This document shows positions 60,201 to 64,000 of a stretch of 64,000 nt of DNA, piece by piece (the stretch's first letter is position 1; each line of letters begins with the position of its first letter). The stretch is taken from positions 163,004 to 227,003 of the forward strand of contig CAJINV010000007.1 of assembly GCA_905178155.1 (NCBI GenBank), given 5' to 3'. The notes below the pieces were generated by a model. It did not search any database and had not been told where the DNA came from. It worked only from the letters and a program-made list of their open reading frames with translations. A program made the translations under genes and the position numbers. The stretch comes from Amoebophrya sp. A120 (lineage: Eukaryota; Protista; Dinoflagellata).

Positions 60201-62786
60201 TTACAGTTGATACGGCAGAATGCGCGTCCACTTTCGCCCCAGCTCCAGCTCCGGGCGCTTTTTATTCGCTGGCCGGTCGTGGTCTATGTAGTCACCTCCG
60301 GAGGGATCTGCCAGGACGGCTTTCCGGTGTAGTTGCAGAAATTGACGCACTCGGGCCAGAAGGAACGCGTCGTTGTTCTCGCGGTAGAGGTGCACACGAC
60401 CAAGGCGGTCTGTTTTTACAGCGGTGACGCAGGAACTCCGCAGCGCGGCAGTGGCGAAACGGCAGTCGCTTGTTCTTTTCAGGTCTGCAATGGGCTTCAG
60501 AGGTAGTGGTCTTTCCTCGTCGTCCCCGTCGCTGCACGCTCCGGAAGTCCGGCGAAACTCCCGCCGTCGCCTCAGTCCCACTAAGCTACAAGCTTTGTGG
60601 TATTCCAGCAGGTGGGTTCTTGCGCAGCAAGTAGTTCTTGCCCTTGTCGTTTGTCGGGGGACCGGCAGCAAGTCGCGAACGCAGCCCTGGCTGTAAACCG
60701 CCCAATACAAATCATGAATTCGATTTTCAGGGTCGGCTTCTTCTTCCGAGGTTGACGTAGTACTTGAGTCATCATCTTCACCAGAATCGCTGTGCAAATC
60801 CGAAGATCTCGTCCTGCTGCTCCCCCCGGCGTGTTTCACATCGGAGGCAACACAGTCGCGACTAGAAGTACTTCGAGAGGTTGTAGCTGTAGTTCTAGTA
60901 CTCCGCGGCTGTGCTTCTCGTTGTTCAATCGATGATTTCTTTTCTGCCTCGCTTGCCGTCGTGCTGTTCGACTTTTTCAAACTATCGCTTTCAATTTCTG
61001 GAAAGGAAGACGACGAAGCTGCACTAGGCCCTTTTCCTACTAGGATCTTCGGGGGACGGACTACTTCTGCTGGTGCGGAATTCCTGTTTGCCGCTGAAGG
61101 ACTTGGAAGTCGTTCTTCTGGCAAGGATTCTCTGGCGACAACTGGTCGCTCATCCTGGAGCTGGGCAGGCGCAGTACTTCCTGTTCTTTCATCCGCAGTG
61201 CGACCACAGTTCTTGGCATTGTACTGGTCGTACTTCTTTCGGCTGTTTTTCATCTTCGAGTGATGTAGTGTTTTACTCATCCCTCTCGCAGTACTACCAG
61301 ACGTAGTGGTGGTGGTCGTGATCCTCTTGTTCTCGTCTACACCTAATACTGCGTCCCTACATTCTTGCTGCGCCGCCGTTCCTCCCGAGGCCGTTCGTCG
61401 TCGTGCCGATTTCGAGTGCGACGAGCTTGTCCCCTTCTTGCGCCGCGGGGGATAATTCCGGCGAGGGGTACTAGACTGCTCGTCCGATGAATCGGATGTA
61501 GTTGAGGAGCTGGACCTAGAAGATATTCTTGGTGGAGCCACCGTTCTTTTTTGCCTTCTCTTTTGTCTTTGCAGTGCGTCCTCGTCGCGCTTATTTACAC
61601 TGATGCAGCTGTCGTCGATGCGATAATTCTTGGAGGATTTTTTCGCAGCGGCCTCTCTCGTTTTGCTTCGGTGTACGTTTGACTTCCGAGCTCTACTAGT
61701 ACTACTGTTGTTTTGCAGAGGAAAATAATCGTCGACAGGCGAGCTGCGACAGGTGTCGGGCCAGCGCCTGCAATCATCGTCGGTTGTATAGCTTTTACGC
61801 TTCTTATTTCTCTTCGATGTTTTGCTTCTGGTGGTGTTCTTGTCCTCTTGTCGTCGCCCATCTGCTGAGCGTCGAGATGAAGGCAATTTGTATTTGTTGT
61901 AGTTCTCACTGCACGTTTTGCTTTTTCGTCGTGCGGTTTTTTCAACTACAGAGGAAGAGCTGGAAGTAGAAGAGGAACTGGAAGAACTACTGCTCGTCGA
62001 ACTGACGGAAGTATTTTTAGATTGCTGTCGTCTCTTCTCAACATCCCTTTTCGGTTTGCTCTTCTTCGGGTCATCAGTGGCAGTACTAGTACAACTTCGA
62101 GGCAACAACTTTCCTGCTGCCGATGGCCCCGTTGTGGAGGTCGTGGTTTTACTACTACCTTCTAGCACACCACGACCAGTACCTGCATTGGCCCTCGTTC
62201 TGCGACGTAGTTCGTCTTGTACAGGAGGAGCAAGAAGATCATCCTGCCACCTCTTGGTCGTTTTGATGCTTTGCGTTGTTGTAGTCCTGGTAGAAAACGT
62301 TCGTGACAGCCCTTCTCTAGTACAACCACTCGTCGTATCGTGTCGTGAAGCGAAGTCGTCGCTTCTGTTCCGAGAAGAGGAAGCTGAAGTCTTTGTTTCT
62401 ACGTGAACTCGACTCGAAGAAGCAGTAGTTTTCTTCTCCGCAGTTCGAGCTGCAGGGGCAGGGCCTCCAGTAGAAACATAATTCCTATCGTGATCGGAGC
62501 ATAATTCTTGTTCTCTGTAACTTTTAACTCTTGCCCTCTCTTGTTGAGGTGAAGTCCGGGCGGCTCTTGAAGTAGTACTCGCGGCAAGTCGCTTGTAGTT
62601 CTCTTCACGGGGCCGCTTTGTGTCGCCGCTACCACTAGACTTCCTCTTGCTCTTCCGCCGAGGGCCCCCTCTTGCTTCCTCGCGTAGAGGTGGAAAGTTC
62701 GGTTGTGATTTTGCTGGAATAGTTGCCAACATTCTCACGCGATCATCATCATCATCATCCGGTTTTTTGTTGTGCGTCCTGCACAT
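54208..62786 (-). CDS. Large S/T/R/K-rich low-complexity protein with central helical region (~1,500 aa, 10 exons)
   Basis: 861-codon first ORF, then in-frame joins (RILP|DGGY, DRCL|QLAR, SLEEW|QEEAE, RMAE|EDQL) to TAA at 54208. Confidence 0.75.
54341..54583. mobile_element. Introner family A
   Basis: TIR; TSD tcccc. Confidence 0.87.
55114..55407. mobile_element. Introner family D
   Basis: TIR; TSD cggtt/cggct. Confidence 0.87.
55610..55826. mobile_element. Introner family F
   Basis: TIR; TSD tgcgc/tgcgt. Confidence 0.9.
56460..56707. mobile_element. Introner family C
   Basis: TIR; TSD cctct/cctcc. Confidence 0.9.
56912..58838. mobile_element. Composite 1.9-kb introner-derived intron
   Basis: Decayed A-like left end, AT-rich tract, direct-repeat-flanked GC-rich core, and a ~45-bp inverted repeat (58520-58568 / 58766-58812) ending in gcacagcATA. 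Confidence 0.6.
57283..58495. repeat. GC-rich 1.1-kb segment flanked by ~62-bp direct repeats
   Basis: tacaatacaggtcttggtgctctctcgcacgRgtcgtcccgcat...atgatccagactc at 57283 and 58431. Confidence 0.8.
58933..59184. mobile_element. Introner family G
   Basis: TATaacccgctcaggtgttacaatctcaaacgttacaac and its inverse; inner TIR shares ctcaaacgttaca with family C. Confidence 0.87.
59256..59535. mobile_element. Introner family D
   Basis: TIR; TSD agctc. Confidence 0.9.
59630..59880. mobile_element. Introner family A
   Basis: TIR; TSD cagac. Confidence 0.87.
59955..60212. mobile_element. Introner family A
   Basis: TIR; TSD cggca. Confidence 0.9.
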
Positions 62787-63249
62787 TGAGAAGTGGGAGG
62801 TGGTAACACCTGGTTAGATGACACCAGGGTGTTCACACATCAACACGGCAGCTTCACACGACGCCACGACGAGCAGGATGATGTGGAAGCCTCGTCAGGG
62901 CATGGGTACAACTTGTAGGCGATTCATTCATCATGAGTTGGAAGATCTTTTTTACACAAAACGAAACTAGAAGAAGTTGTTCTTGTTTCCAAAATCTTTT
63001 CAACAGTATTAAACGTAAACACTTCTGATTCCACACGTCGCAATGTTTCTTTGTTCGTGAAAGCCAATCCGCTACCTCTATCACGCTTGCCTGCATCGTT
63101 GAAAATACCCACACAGAAGAGGAAACATACAACAGAGTCGCTGCTTGGTGACCAAAACAATCGAGTCTAACTTTTCCTACGTTATCCACCGCGGAGAAAG
63201 AATAAGAAACGACGAACAAATGCATGAGAACTATAGGGAAAAACAATTT

Positions 63250-64000
63250 GTGGTCCGGACGAAGAAATGGCCATACCCTCAGGGGAAAAACGGAGACCAA
63301 GAAACCCCGCTTGCGTCTCACAAAGAAAACAAGTTTTTCGCCCGCCCACCTGAATCTCATTTCTTAGCCCTAAGCGGGGGTCTAGTGGTCCGGGCGAAGA
63401 AATGGCCATACCGTCGGGGGAAAAACGGAGACCAAGAAACCCCGCTTGTGTCTCACAAAGAAAGCAAGTTTTTCCCCCGCCCTGAATCTCATTTCTTAGC
63501 CCTAAGCGAGGGTCTACTGGTCCGGACGAAGAAATGGCCATACCCTCGGGGGAAAAACGGAGACCAAGACACCCCGCTTGTGCCTCACAAAGAAAGCAAG
63601 TTTTGCCCCCGACCTGAATCTCATTTCTTAGCCCTAAGCGAGGGTCTACTGGTCCGGACGAAAAAATGGCCATACCCTCGGGGGAAAAACGGAGACCAAG
63701 AAACCCCGCTCGCGTCCCACAAAGAAAACAAGTTTTTCGCCCGCCCTGAATCTCATTTCTTAGTCCTCTGCGGGGGTCTAGTGGTCCGGGCGAAGAAATG
63801 GCCATACCCTCGGGGGAAAAACGAAGACCAAGAAACCCCGCTTGCGTCTCACAAAGAAAACAAGTTTTTCCCCCGCCCTGAATGTCATTTCTTAGCCCTA
63901 AGCGGGGGTCTAGTGGTCCGGGCGAAGAAATGGCCATACCCTCGGGGAAAAAACGGAGACCAAGAAACCCCGCTTGTATCTCAGAAAGAAAACAAGTTTT
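63250..64000. repeat. ~132-bp tandem satellite, >5.5 units, runs off the window end
   Basis: gaagaaatggccatacc recurs at 63261, 63396, 63528 and onward. Confidence 0.95.

Noticed and set aside
895-60332. Many short ORFs sharing QTQTF, MSGSG, PDPDIF or VQKYRTR peptides
   Set aside because: Translations of introner TIRs, not a protein family.
63182-63937. 44-aa repeat protein ORF
   Set aside because: Product of the 132-bp satellite; no independent coding evidence.
1-64000. tRNA, rRNA, spliced-leader relics or an autonomous introner transposase
   Set aside because: None recognised by eye; a covariance-model and profile search would be needed to exclude them.

Overview
Eukaryotic genomic DNA, most consistent with a syndinian dinoflagellate parasite (Amoebophrya-like; inferred from intron style and gene co-orientation). 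Eight protein-coding genes can be rebuilt by hand, all on the minus strand: a giant coiled-coil protein, two related N-terminal CGLC proteins, a dynamin/Mx-like GTPase with one in-frame TAG, two secreted proteins, a DAG/sphingosine-kinase-family lipid kinase and a large S/T/R-rich protein. By my count 54 of their 56 introns are introner-type elements: TAT...ATA terminal inverted repeats (TIRs) of at least 9 sequence families with a 5-bp target-site duplication (TSD). Many have no possible GT-AG/GC-AG/AT-AC boundary, yet removing the element plus one TSD copy restored the frame at the junctions I translated. All families share a short internal GCA(T/A)(G/C/T)ACA(A/G) box. Several introns look like stages of conversion to ordinary GT-AG introns. 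Some introners carry cargo: a 10.7-kb APE/RT non-LTR retrotransposon, a 133-bp hairpin satellite, a CCTCTC-rich element inserted twice at the same introner site, and a GC-rich segment with 62-bp direct repeats. Three more satellite arrays are intergenic. All coordinates and counts are manual; there is no expression evidence.
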